From NCBI GenBank assembly GCA_003141955.1, contig PLOC01000094.1, positions 35,000-98,999 of the forward strand: 64,000 nt of DNA, written 5' to 3'. Shown piece by piece: positions 52,499 to 63,421 of the stretch (position 1 is its first letter; each line of letters opens with the position of its first letter). The notes under the pieces were generated by a model, which was given only the letters and a program-made list of their open reading frames with translations, was not told where the DNA came from and searched no databases. This DNA is from Chloroflexota bacterium. GTDB lineage: Bacteria > Chloroflexota > Limnocylindria > Limnocylindrales > CSP1-4. Made by a program: the position numbers and the translations under genes.

Positions 52499-53509
52499 AT
52501 GACCTCCCGCTCCGGCAACCGTCTCCTGCGCGGTCAGTGGGTTGTCTACGGCCTGCTCGTGACCCTGAGCGTCGGGATGATGGGCGCGTCCGGGACCCAT
52601 TTCGCGGGGACGATCCAGTCGGACGCCAACTACATGCTCAACCCGGTCGAGGGCGCCCTCAACGACACCGCGGACACTGTCTTCTCGTACTGGTCCGCGA
52701 TCATCCAGCTGGACAACGTGCGCACCCAGAACGAGCAACTCCGCCAGGAGAACCAGACGCTCAATGAAGAGCTGTCGCGGATGAATGCCATCTCCCAGCT
52801 GAACACCGACTGGACGAAGGTCTCCCAGGCGCAGCAGAGCTCGCAGTACCAGACGACGATCGCCCGCGTCGTCGTGCGCAACATCACCGACATCGGCCCT
52901 CGAACTTTCATCATCAATAGAGGCCTGGCCGACGGGATCTCGGCTGGGGAGGTCGTGATGGACGCCGGGGGCGCCGTGGTTGGCAGGGTCCTGTCGCCCG
53001 TGCAGACGTACGACGCCACGATTCTCCTGGTCAACGACACCTCCGCCGTGGTGATCGGCGAGGAGGCGGATACAGGCGCGATAGGCACGATCCAGGGCGA
53101 GATCAGCGGCCTCTTGCAGATGTCGTATGTGAACTCCACCGACAAGCTCTCGAAGGGCCAGCCGGTGGTGACGGCGGGCATGGTTCTCGCGGGGGAAGAC
53201 GTGCGATCGCCCTATCCTCCGGGCCTGCTGATCGGGACGATCATCAGCGTCTCACGCGACCCGAACCAGGTCGTCCAGTCGGCCGTGGTGCAACCGGCGG
53301 CGGATCTGGACAACATCGACTGGGTGCTCGTGATCAGCAACTACCAGGGCGGCTTCACCAGCCCCGAACCGTCGGCGAGCCCCAGCCCGTCGGCCTCATC
53401 GAGCCTCAACCCTAAGGCGACACCGACACCGGCCATTCCGAAGGTCACTCCCACGCCCGGGCCGACCCCCACTCCACCCCCGGGACTCGTCACACCACCG
53501 CCGCACTGA
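52499..53509 (+). CDS. mreC: Rod-shape-determining protein MreC
   Basis: N-terminal TM, coiled coil (LDNVRTQNEQLRQENQTLNEEL), two beta-barrel segments with GLADGISAGEVV and GQPVVTAG...YPPGLLIG, and a Pro/Thr/Ser tail. Sits immediately after mreB. Confidence 0.9.
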   Translation: MTSRSGNRLLRGQWVVYGLLVTLSVGMMGASGTHFAGTIQSDANYMLNPVEGALNDTADTVFSYWSAIIQLDNVRTQNEQLRQENQTLNEELSRMNAISQLNTDWTKVSQAQQSSQYQTTIARVVVRNITDIGPRTFIINRGLADGISAGEVVMDAGGAVVGRVLSPVQTYDATILLVNDTSAVVIGEEADTGAIGTIQGEISGLLQMSYVNSTDKLSKGQPVVTAGMVLAGEDVRSPYPPGLLIGTIISVSRDPNQVVQSAVVQPAADLDNIDWVLVISNYQGGFTSPEPSASPSPSASSSLNPKATPTPAIPKVTPTPGPTPTPPPGLVTPPPH

Positions 53510-53573
53510 TCACCGCACGCGAAACCCGGCCTGAACCTGCTACGCTCTGGCCCAAGATGCCGACGGAGCCGCG

Positions 53574-54328
53574 TTGAAGGGTCTCGTGCTGGCGGGAGGC
53601 ACGGCCACTCGCCTTTTCCCACTAACCATCGTCACGAACAAGCATCTGCTGCCGATCTACGACCGGCCGATGATCTATTACCCGATCGCCACGCTCGCCG
53701 GCATGGGCATCCGGGAAGTCATGGTCGTCGTCGGCGGCAAGAGCGTCGGTGACGTGGTCGAGCTCCTGGCGGACGGCGAGCATTTCGGCCTGGACCTAAC
53801 GTACCGCTACCAGCGAGGGGCTCTGGGAATTGCCCACGCCATAGGTCTGGCTCGCGACTTCGTCGGCGACGACGCCTTCTGCTGCGTCCTCGGCGACAAC
53901 GTCCTGCTCGGTTCCCCGCTGGCCGACACAGCGCGGGAGTTCGAGGCCGGACCGTGGGGCGCCGGCACGCTGCTGTGCGAGGTTGCCGATCCCGAGCGCT
54001 TCGGAGTCGCGGAATTCGACGCGCAGGGCAACGTCGTCGGTTTCGAGGAGAAGCCGACCCGGCCCAAGAGCAACCTCATCCCGATCGGCGTGTACTTCCT
54101 GCGGCCCGACGCGTTCGGCGTGGTGGACCACCTCGTCCCGTCGCCCCGTGGCGAGCTCGAGATCACCGACCTGCTCAACAACTACCTCCCGGGCAGGCTC
54201 TTCGCCCGCCGATTCGAGGGCATCTGGACCGACGCCGGGACGGTGACCTCGCTCCTCCGCGCCGCCGAGCTGGCGGAGCAGGAATCGCGCTCCGGTCGCC
54301 TGCCCGGACCGCCCGCCAGGCCCACGTC

Positions 54329-54332
<4 letters not shown>
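53574..54332 (+). CDS. rmlA: Sugar-phosphate nucleotidyltransferase, probable glucose-1-phosphate thymidylyltransferase (short form)
   Basis: TTG start. KGLVLAGGTATRLFPLT..NKHLLPIYDRPMIYY, and EKP..PKSN. Sugar specificity is inferred from the rmlBDC genes that follow. Confidence 0.85.
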
Positions 54333-55420
<1,088 letters not shown>

Positions 55421-55442
55421 TGGCGTCGAAGAGACGGCCCTG

Positions 55443-56408
55443 ATGAGGGTCGCGGTTACGGGCGCCGGCGGCCGGCTCGGGACGGCCCTCGTGGCTGCCC
55501 TCACCGGGTCCGGCTCCATCGACGAGGTGCTGGCCTGGGATCTGCCGGAGCACGACCTGGACGACCCCGAGTCGGCCATGCGATTGATCGGCCGGAACCG
55601 CCCGGATGTCGCCATCCACGCTGCGGCCTGGACCGACGTCGACGGCTGCGCCCGCGATCCCCAGCTGGCGATGCGTCGCAACGGAACCGCCGCCGGCGAG
55701 ATGGCGCAGGCCTGCGCGACGAATGGGACGGCATTGATCGCCGTTTCCACCAACGAGGTCTTCGACGGGCTGCGAACCGACGGCCGGCCGTACGGCGCCG
55801 CGGACCTGCCCAGCCCCGCCAATGCCTACGGGGCCGCGAAGCTGGCGGGCGAGCGGCTGGCCCGCGAGGCATTCTGGGCTACCGGCGACGACTTCGCGGC
55901 CGCGGCGCTCATGCCGCCGGGCGGTCGCTCGAACACCGTTCCGCCGCTGGCGATCGTGCGGACGGCGTGGCTCTTTGGGCCGCCCGGAGCAGACTTCCCG
56001 GCCAAGATCCTGGCGGCTGCCGATCGAGCGCGGGCGAAGAACGAGACGCTCGATCTGGTCTCCGACGAGTTCGGCTGCCCGACCTATGCCGCGGACCTGG
56101 CGGCGGCGATCACGAGCATGGTGGAGTTCGTCGGCAAGAAGGGCCGAAACGCCGTGGGCGGAATTCATCACGTGACAAACGGCGGTCACGCGTCCCGGGC
56201 CGAGTGGGCGCGCGAAGTGCTCCGTCTCGCCGGCGTGACGGTGCCGACCCGGGACGTGCCGCTGAGCGCGTGGCCCCGCCCCTCGACGCCTCCGCTCTGG
56301 GGCGTCCTGGAGCCCACGCCACTCCCCGGAGGCCCGCTGCGGGACTGGCAGGCGGCCCTGGCGGAGTACGCGACAATCGGGCCACGCACGAAGGAGCCGC
56401 CACGTTGA
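55443..56408 (+). CDS. rmlD: dTDP-4-dehydrorhamnose reductase
   Basis: MRVAVTGAGGRLG, HAAAWTDVDGCE-like AAWTDVDGCA, STNEVFDG, YGAAKLAGE. Confidence 0.9.
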   Translation: MRVAVTGAGGRLGTALVAALTGSGSIDEVLAWDLPEHDLDDPESAMRLIGRNRPDVAIHAAAWTDVDGCARDPQLAMRRNGTAAGEMAQACATNGTALIAVSTNEVFDGLRTDGRPYGAADLPSPANAYGAAKLAGERLAREAFWATGDDFAAAALMPPGGRSNTVPPLAIVRTAWLFGPPGADFPAKILAAADRARAKNETLDLVSDEFGCPTYAADLAAAITSMVEFVGKKGRNAVGGIHHVTNGGHASRAEWAREVLRLAGVTVPTRDVPLSAWPRPSTPPLWGVLEPTPLPGGPLRDWQAALAEYATIGPRTKEPPR

Positions 56409-56989
56409 GTCCAGAGGAAGCCGGGTCGCGCTTGGCCGGCGTTCGGTACGGAAGGCTGAACCGCATCGGCGACCGGCGCGGTTCCTTCGCCGAGCTTTGG
56501 CGCGCGTCGGCCTTCGGCGAGATCGGGCTCGGGGCCGCCGGCATGCCGGACGCGCGCTTCGTCCAGGCCAATCTTTCGACCTCCGCCCGGGGTGTGCTGC
56601 GCGGACTCCACTACCACCGCCGCCAGCTCGACTACTGGACCGTCGTCGGCGGCCGGGCGCTGGTCGCCCTCGTCGACGTGCGGCCCGTCGTGGCCGACCC
56701 CGGCGCGCACGCCATCGTCGAGACGCGAGAGCTGAGCGAAGGCGAAACCGTCACGATCCCCACGGGCGTCGCTCATGGTTTCCTGGCCCTGGAGCCGCTG
56801 TCGCTGCTCTACCTAGTCACCAACGAGTACGACGGCAGCGACGAGCTGGGCTTCGCCTGGGACGATCCGGCCGTCGGCGTTCCCTGGCCGGCGGTTCCGG
56901 GGACGCCGGACGGAGGCCCGATTCTGTCGGACCGGGATCGCTCCAACCCAACGCTCCGCGAATTGGTCGAGCGCCTGCGCGGCACTTGA
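56405..56989 (+). CDS. rmlC: dTDP-4-dehydrorhamnose 3,5-epimerase
   Basis: TTGA overlap with the rmlD stop. Cupin motifs: DRRGSFAE, RGLHYH, IPTGVAHGF, and the Y..DG.DE region NEYDGSDE. Confidence 0.9.
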   Translation: MSPEEAGSRLAGVRYGRLNRIGDRRGSFAELWRASAFGEIGLGAAGMPDARFVQANLSTSARGVLRGLHYHRRQLDYWTVVGGRALVALVDVRPVVADPGAHAIVETRELSEGETVTIPTGVAHGFLALEPLSLLYLVTNEYDGSDELGFAWDDPAVGVPWPAVPGTPDGGPILSDRDRSNPTLRELVERLRGT

Positions 56990-57292
56990 AGCCGCGATCG
57001 CGTGGCGCGGCGGCCCTCCATTAAGCTTTCGATAAGAGACTCGATGGGTGACGGATTGGGATCAGTGTGTCTATCATGGCCCGCCTTGATCACCGCCAGA
57101 GTAGCCTGACCCCGTCGGTCCGCTCACCACGGCCTGGCCGATGGGACCACCCCGCCCTGGGACCAAGGCACGATTGTCGCCGCCACCACCGCGTCACAGT
57201 CTTGGCGCACAACCAATAATCGGCCCATCGAGCCCGCTCCGGCGGGCCGCCCATCCCGCACCGCCGAGCTGGGCCCACAGGGAGACAGCGCA

Positions 57293-59395
57293 ATGCGAAA
57301 GCTCACCTTTGCGCTCGCGGTCGGTCTGCTCGTTGCCGGCACCGGCATGGTCGCGAGCCCCAGCAAGGTCGTCGCGTCAGCGCCAGCCTACGTAACGAAG
57401 GTAGTCATCGTCGTCGGCCAGACTCAGAGCGCCACCCAGCAGTACATCGCCGACGCCACGGCGGCGTATTCGGAATTCCAGGCGGCCGCCGCCACTGCCG
57501 GCCGCTCCGTCAACATCATCACGATCTACTCGCCCAACGCAACGTGGGGCCTTGTTCAAGCTGCGGCCAAGGGCGCGAACATCCTCGTCTACATAGGTCA
57601 CGGCAATGGCTACCCGAACCCGTATGTGAGCTACGAGCAGCAGCTCAAGGACAACGGCATGGGCCTCAATGCCGTCGCCGGCTCGAGCAGCCAGACGACC
57701 TACTACTACGGCGAGGCCTACATGGCCCAGCTGCAGCTGGCGCCCAACGCCATCGTGATCTTGAACCATCTTTGCTACGCCTCCGGTAACAGCGAGGGCG
57801 GCTATGCCAACCCAACCCTCGCCGTAGCCAAGACACGGGTGGACGGCTACGGCTCCGGCTTCATCCGCGGCGGCGCCAGTGCCGTCATCGCCGAAGGCAC
57901 GCGTGACATCGGCTACTTCATCAACGCGCTGTTCAACGGCCACATGACGGTCGACGCGATGTGGAAGGGCGATCCCACCTTCAACAACAACGTCATCAGC
58001 TACGCCAGCTCGCGCAGCGCCGGATACACCTCGGAGCTGGACCCGAACGTCCCAATCCCGGCCGACGGCAGCGGCAGCGGCGGCGGCGGCGGCTCGGAGG
58101 TCTACTACCGCTCGATGGTCTCCATCCCGTCGACAACCACGGACGACATCATCAACGGACACACTGAGCCGTTCGTCGGCCAGAGCGGGTCCTACTACCC
58201 GGTCTCCCCGGTGGTACGCCTGGTCGATACGCGGTACGGCGCCATTGGGCCGCTGGGCCGACTGACCTCCAATGGCGGTTATAACTTCCAGATCGCGGGT
58301 AAGCAGGTGAGCGGCGTTACGCCCGTTCCGCCGAACGCGATCGCCATCACCGCCAACCTGACCATTACCAACCAAACGACGGCCGGCTGGATCTACCTGG
58401 GACCGACAGTCGACTCAGCGCCGGCATCTTCGACGATCAACTTCCCCACGGGGGACAACCGGGCCAACGGCGTGACGGTGGCTCTCTCGCCTCAGGGCAC
58501 CGTCGGGGCCTGGTACGGAGCTTCGCCCGGCGCCACCGTCGATCTGATCATCGACGTGACCGGCTACTTCCTGGCGGGCTCCGGCGGGGCCGGCTACGTC
58601 CCGTTCGGTCCGCAACGAGTCCTCGACACACGGCCTAACTCTGGCATTGTGAATCTCACCGGGCGCTTCCAGGGTGGCCAGCACCGCGTCATCAAGATCG
58701 CCGGGATCGACGGCCTCCCCATCGCCGGGAAATTGGTGGCGGTCGCCGGCAACCTCACCGTCGTGACACCCTCAGCGGGCGGCCTCGTCTTCCTCGGGCC
58801 GGACCCGACCGACGCACCGACGTCGTCGACGATCAACTTCCCGCGGGGCGACAACAGGGCCAACAACGTCATCGTTCCGGTCAACGCCGACGGCACACTC
58901 TCGGCGGTCCTGATGCCCGCCGGCGGCACGAGCGTGGATCTGGTGCTGGACATCACCGGCTACTTCATCAAATCCGGCGGAGCCCTTCTGAACACCATGC
59001 AACCCACCCGGATCATGGACTCGCGCTCGAACTTGGGCACGACCTGTCCGTCGAAGGGCACGCCCTGCCCGTTCCACGTCGGCGTTGTCCGGACGCTTCA
59101 GGTCACCGGCGGCAGCGTTCCGAGCGGCGCCGTTGCGATCACGGGCAACCTGACGGTCACCCAGCAGACCTCTAGCGGCTTCGCGGCGGTCGGGCCGAAG
59201 ATCGACGCCTCTACCAACTTCTCGAACCTCAACTTCCCGGTCCGCGATGACCGAGCCAACGGCGTGACGGTGCCGCTCTCCTACGCCGTGGGCGACGGGT
59301 ACGGCCGCCTCGACGTCATCTTCGTAGCCCAGACCGCGGGGCCTACGGCCCACTTACTTTTGGACATCACGGGCTACTACATGGCCCCCGTATAG
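57293..59395 (+). CDS. Secreted protein: N-terminal His/Cys (caspase/gingipain-like?) domain + 3 copies of a ~120-aa C-terminal repeat module
   Basis: Sec signal MRKLTFALAVGLLVAGTGMVASPSKVVASA. Residues 35-230 contain KVVIVVG, ILVYIGHGNG and IVILNHLCYASG. A GSGSGGGGGS linker follows, then three repeats (aa 301-428, 435-561, 566-700). Confidence 0.88.
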   Translation: MRKLTFALAVGLLVAGTGMVASPSKVVASAPAYVTKVVIVVGQTQSATQQYIADATAAYSEFQAAAATAGRSVNIITIYSPNATWGLVQAAAKGANILVYIGHGNGYPNPYVSYEQQLKDNGMGLNAVAGSSSQTTYYYGEAYMAQLQLAPNAIVILNHLCYASGNSEGGYANPTLAVAKTRVDGYGSGFIRGGASAVIAEGTRDIGYFINALFNGHMTVDAMWKGDPTFNNNVISYASSRSAGYTSELDPNVPIPADGSGSGGGGGSEVYYRSMVSIPSTTTDDIINGHTEPFVGQSGSYYPVSPVVRLVDTRYGAIGPLGRLTSNGGYNFQIAGKQVSGVTPVPPNAIAITANLTITNQTTAGWIYLGPTVDSAPASSTINFPTGDNRANGVTVALSPQGTVGAWYGASPGATVDLIIDVTGYFLAGSGGAGYVPFGPQRVLDTRPNSGIVNLTGRFQGGQHRVIKIAGIDGLPIAGKLVAVAGNLTVVTPSAGGLVFLGPDPTDAPTSSTINFPRGDNRANNVIVPVNADGTLSAVLMPAGGTSVDLVLDITGYFIKSGGALLNTMQPTRIMDSRSNLGTTCPSKGTPCPFHVGVVRTLQVTGGSVPSGAVAITGNLTVTQQTSSGFAAVGPKIDASTNFSNLNFPVRDDRANGVTVPLSYAVGDGYGRLDVIFVAQTAGPTAHLLLDITGYYMAPV
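58193..59392 (+). repeat. Three tandem protein-level repeats of the R[IL].D[TS]R...N[LA]T...NFP.GD.RAN...D.TGY[FY] module
   Basis: Own alignment of the three segments; all the motif positions listed are conserved in each copy. Confidence 0.85.
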
Positions 59396-59651
59396 GCGGA
59401 TGCAGCGCCGCTCCCGGGCGGTCGGGGAGCCAGATTACCGCTCCGCTGCGCCATCTAACCGCACCGCACCCGACCCGACGGTACCATTGCGCCGGGAGGA
59501 CGAACGAACGATAGGCGCACGCAACGTCTGGACCGTACCGTGAGACCCGCTCGGGGCGCCCATTGCAGGGCGCTTGCGTGCAGCCAGGCCAGGGCCTCCA
59601 CCTATCGCTACCAGGCGAAGGTGGAGAAACCGGGCATCGAATGAGGTCGGG

Positions 59652-62600
59652 ATGATCAAGCATTCGGCGCCGTTCCGGTTGGCGGATCACTACAAGGCCG
59701 AGGGCCGGTCCAGGAAGTTTGCGCCGCTGGCGCTGGCAGTCGCGCTCGGCGCGTCCATGGCCCTCGGGTCGGGTTGGCCGGGAGCACGGCCCGCAGCCGC
59801 CGCGGATCCCAACGCCGGCGCCGCGGACCCGGGTGACACCTCGATTCAGTATCAGCAGGCGCTCGAACACCAGAACGACCCGGACACGTTCGTCCCGGGC
59901 GACGCAGTGACGATTCCGTACCAGCCGCGCGCGGGCGACACGACCGAAGTCGACGGCGGCTTGCCGGTAGCCTTGCCCGCCGGGACAGCGTCTGGCCGAT
60001 CGATGGCGGCCAGCCCGCAGGGCTCGGTCTGGGCTGTCAACGATGTCGCGACGCCCACCCCCGCCAGTTCTAGCGGCAGCCCGTCTGCGTCAGCGGCTGC
60101 GTCGGGCCCGGGCCCGGCGGCTCCGGCCGCCAACGTGCTGCGACGCGAGGTCTACGGCTTCCTGCCCTACTGGGAATCGGTGGCGGGACCGACCCTCAAC
60201 TACGACCTGCTCTCCACGGTCGCCTACTTCGGCGTAGGCGTGACATCCACGGGTGACCTCCAGAAGAGCGGGTCCGGCTGGGCCGGCTGGACCAGCTCGT
60301 GGATGACGAACGTCATCAACAACGCCCACGCCCATGGCACGCGCGTCGCGCTCACGGTCGAGGAGTTCGCCTGGACCACTTCGGAGGCCAACGAGCAGGT
60401 CGCGCTCCTCTCGAGCGCGACCAACCGCGCCAACGCCGCTGCCCAGATCGCCGCGGCCGTCAGCCAGCGCGGCGCGGATGGCGTGAACCTGGACTTCGAG
60501 CCGATCGCGTCGACGCAGGAAACCCAGTATCGGATGTTCGTCCAGACCCTCCGGGCCGACCTGGATGCCATCCACCCGGGCTACGAGCTGACCTTCTGCG
60601 CCACCGGATCCACGGGCTATTACGACGTCGCCGGCTTGACGGCGCCGGGGGCGGCCGACGCCGTCTTCATCATGGGCTACGACTTCCGAACCGGCAGCTC
60701 AAGCTACGCCGGATCGATCGACCCGCTCACGAGCCCCAAACCGGTCTACGACCTGACTCAGGTCGTCAGGCTCTGGTCGGCACGGACCTCGGTTTCGAAG
60801 ATAATCCTGGGCCTACCCTACTACGGCATCGCCTGGTCGACCACGACCAACGCCCCGAACGCGACTGTCATCAACGGTTCGGCATGTTCGCCGGTCTCTG
60901 TCTTCTTCGCCCAGGCGGCCTCGCTGGCGGCGGCGAACGGACGCAACTACGACTCGGTCGAACAGTCCGCCTGGACGTCGTACCAGCTCACATGCGGCGG
61001 CGTGGCCACATGGCGCGAGCTCTACTACGACGACGCCCAATCGCTGGCCGCGAAGTACGACATGATCAACTACTGGAACCTGCGTGGGATGGGCATCTGG
61101 GCGCTCGGCTACGACGCCGGCCACCCGGAGATGGCCAATCTGATCGCGGCCAAGTTCCTGAACGACAAGACCCCGCCCGTGGTCGGTATCGTGGATCTGC
61201 CGGCCACTGAGAACAGCGAGGGCTTCCCGGTCAGGTGGACGGGCCACGACGATTGGAACGGCATCGCCAGCTACGACGTCCAGGTCTCGACCGACGGCGG
61301 CCCCTTCACCGACTGGCTCACCGGCACCACAGAGACGGGCGACGACTTCCAGGGCTCGTCGGGCCACAACTACTCGTTCCGGGTCAGAGCCACTGACGGC
61401 GTCGGCAACGTCGGCCCGTGGGACGTCACGTCGACCTACGCGGCCTCACCTGCGTTCGCCGTCAACGGGTTCGTCTCCGTTGCGGCCGCATCGGTCAACG
61501 AGTGCCAGTCGGCCACCGTATGCCCCGGCAACGCGGTGACCACCGCGACCAATGGCACGGTTCTGCGGATCATCGGCGGACCGGTCACCGCGAGCGACGG
61601 CAGCACGTGGTACCAGGTAACGGGCCCCTACGCCGCCGTCAACGCCGTGGTGCCTCTCTTCCCTGGCCCCTGGGTCCAGGTCTCGAACGGATCCACGACC
61701 TATATAGTGCCCATCACTCCGCCCAACTCCACTGCCGTCGCGGCCGGGATCGCCGACTACTCTGTCGGCGTGGCGGGGATGCTGCCTTCGGGCACGGGCA
61801 TCGATCGGGGCAAGGTCTTCTCGCCAGATGGCGACGGAATCTATGACACGCTGCCGATCTCGTGGACCGACGTCACCGCCTTCGACGACGTCACCGTGAC
61901 GATCTACGGGGAGGACGGGACGGTCGCCGGGACGATCGATCTCGGGCCTCTGGGGGCCGGGCCGCAGTCGTACACGTGGGACGGCACCGTGGGCGGGACA
62001 ACCCCGCTGCCCGACGGCCAGTACATGATCCAGATCGCGGGAACGACCGGCAGCACGACCTACTACGCACCCTCGGCCGCCCCGTTCGGAACCTGGCAGA
62101 TGAGCCAGCTGAGCGCCGTGATCGATACCACCCCGAGTGGCACCTACTATCCGCTGCCGCCGGTTCGGATACTGGATACTCGAAACGGCGTCGGCCCCAC
62201 CGGAGCGCTGGGCGCGGGCAAGACCCGATCCATCCCCATAGCGGGAGTGATTCCGGGCGTTCCGAAAGACGCCATCGCGGTCACGGGCAATCTCACGGTG
62301 ACGCAGGCCACGGTCGCGGGCTACGTACGGTTGGGCTCCTCGGTCAGCGGCGAAGGCTCGACCATCAACTTCAAGGCAAAGGACGATCGGGCCAACGGCG
62401 TAACCCTGGGGCTGGCCGCCGACGGCACTCTGACCGCCCTCTACTCCACGGCGTCCGGAAAGGGCACCGTCCAGTTGATCTTCGACCTGACGGGCTATTT
62501 CCGGCGAGACCCGAACGGGGCGACGTTCGTACCGATCCCGCCCACGCGGATCGTCGACAGCCGCATTCCCAAGGGGCTCAAGCCCCTGGGTGCCGGCAAG

Positions 62601-63263
62601 ATCTACTCGTTCGCCGTCACCGGCCTGGCCGGAGTACCAGCGAACGCGGTCGCGGTCAGCGGCAATGCCACGATCACTGGCGCGTCTGCGGGCGGCTACA
62701 TCGTCATCGCACCGAAGATCGCCTCGGCCGCGGCGCCGGGCTCCTCGACTCTCAACTTTCCCGCCCGCGATACGCGGGCCAACAACGTGACCGTGCAACT
62801 CTCGGGCGGGCAGCTGCAGGTCGAGTACGTCGGGAAGGCAAAGACCACCGTTCAGTTCATATTCGACGTGACCGGCTACTTCATCCCAGGGCTCTCGGGG
62901 GCGACCTTCGTTCCGCTGGCGCCGGGCCGGCTCGTCGATAGCCGGATCGCGCAGGGCTTCAAAGGTCCCCTCAAGACGGGAGGCACCGCGTCGTTCGCGG
63001 TGAGCGGGCAGGCATCCGTCCATCCAATCGCCGTTGCCGTCGTGGGCAACCTCACCGTCACCGCCCAGACCTCGGCAGGCTGGCTGGCGGCCGGGCCGGG
63101 GCCGGCCACCTCCACCTCCACCCTCAACTTCCCGGTCGGCGACAACCGAGCGAACGGGTTCGTGTGCCTTCTCGGGCCCGGCGGCACTCTGGACGTGACC
63201 TTCGCCGGCACCCGCGGATCGAGCACGCAGGTGGTCGTGGACATCCTGGGCTACTACCGCTGA
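59652..63263 (+). CDS. Secreted multidomain GH18 glycoside hydrolase (YaaH/peptidoglycan-chitinase-like) + FN3-like + SH3-like + FlgD-Ig-like + 3 copies of the same C-terminal repeat module
   Basis: Start MIKHSAPF after GAGG (aa 27 of the track ORF). GH18 region: YGFLPYW...GADGVNLDFE...FIMGYDF...LGLPYYG...MGIWALG. FN3-like: YDVQVSTDGGPFTDW...YSFRVRATDGVGN. FlgD-Ig-like: FSPDGDGIYDT...YTWDG. Three repeats lie at track-ORF aa 857-1229. Confidence 0.9.
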   Translation: MIKHSAPFRLADHYKAEGRSRKFAPLALAVALGASMALGSGWPGARPAAAADPNAGAADPGDTSIQYQQALEHQNDPDTFVPGDAVTIPYQPRAGDTTEVDGGLPVALPAGTASGRSMAASPQGSVWAVNDVATPTPASSSGSPSASAAASGPGPAAPAANVLRREVYGFLPYWESVAGPTLNYDLLSTVAYFGVGVTSTGDLQKSGSGWAGWTSSWMTNVINNAHAHGTRVALTVEEFAWTTSEANEQVALLSSATNRANAAAQIAAAVSQRGADGVNLDFEPIASTQETQYRMFVQTLRADLDAIHPGYELTFCATGSTGYYDVAGLTAPGAADAVFIMGYDFRTGSSSYAGSIDPLTSPKPVYDLTQVVRLWSARTSVSKIILGLPYYGIAWSTTTNAPNATVINGSACSPVSVFFAQAASLAAANGRNYDSVEQSAWTSYQLTCGGVATWRELYYDDAQSLAAKYDMINYWNLRGMGIWALGYDAGHPEMANLIAAKFLNDKTPPVVGIVDLPATENSEGFPVRWTGHDDWNGIASYDVQVSTDGGPFTDWLTGTTETGDDFQGSSGHNYSFRVRATDGVGNVGPWDVTSTYAASPAFAVNGFVSVAAASVNECQSATVCPGNAVTTATNGTVLRIIGGPVTASDGSTWYQVTGPYAAVNAVVPLFPGPWVQVSNGSTTYIVPITPPNSTAVAAGIADYSVGVAGMLPSGTGIDRGKVFSPDGDGIYDTLPISWTDVTAFDDVTVTIYGEDGTVAGTIDLGPLGAGPQSYTWDGTVGGTTPLPDGQYMIQIAGTTGSTTYYAPSAAPFGTWQMSQLSAVIDTTPSGTYYPLPPVRILDTRNGVGPTGALGAGKTRSIPIAGVIPGVPKDAIAVTGNLTVTQATVAGYVRLGSSVSGEGSTINFKAKDDRANGVTLGLAADGTLTALYSTASGKGTVQLIFDLTGYFRRDPNGATFVPIPPTRIVDSRIPKGLKPLGAGKIYSFAVTGLAGVPANAVAVSGNATITGASAGGYIVIAPKIASAAAPGSSTLNFPARDTRANNVTVQLSGGQLQVEYVGKAKTTVQFIFDVTGYFIPGLSGATFVPLAPGRLVDSRIAQGFKGPLKTGGTASFAVSGQASVHPIAVAVVGNLTVTAQTSAGWLAAGPGPATSTSTLNFPVGDNRANGFVCLLGPGGTLDVTFAGTRGSSTQVVVDILGYYR
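62142..63260 (+). repeat. Three tandem protein-level repeats of the same module as 58193..59392
   Basis: RILDTR / RIVDSR / RLVDSR; GNLTVT / GNATIT / GNLTVT; INFKAKDDRANG / LNFPARDTRANN / LNFPVGDNRANG; DLTGYF / DVTGYF / DILGYY. Confidence 0.85.
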
Positions 63264-63421
63264 CGGTCGCGGCGCTCCCCTGGCGACGCCCGAGGATCGC
63301 AGCCCCGGCGTCGCCGACGCGGAAATGCACGCTCGCGGGCCGGGGCGAGTCGCTGTAGGCTGAGCCGGCAGCAGTGGCCCGATCGGTCGGCACTGCGACC
63401 GTCGCGCGCGAGAGGATTGCG

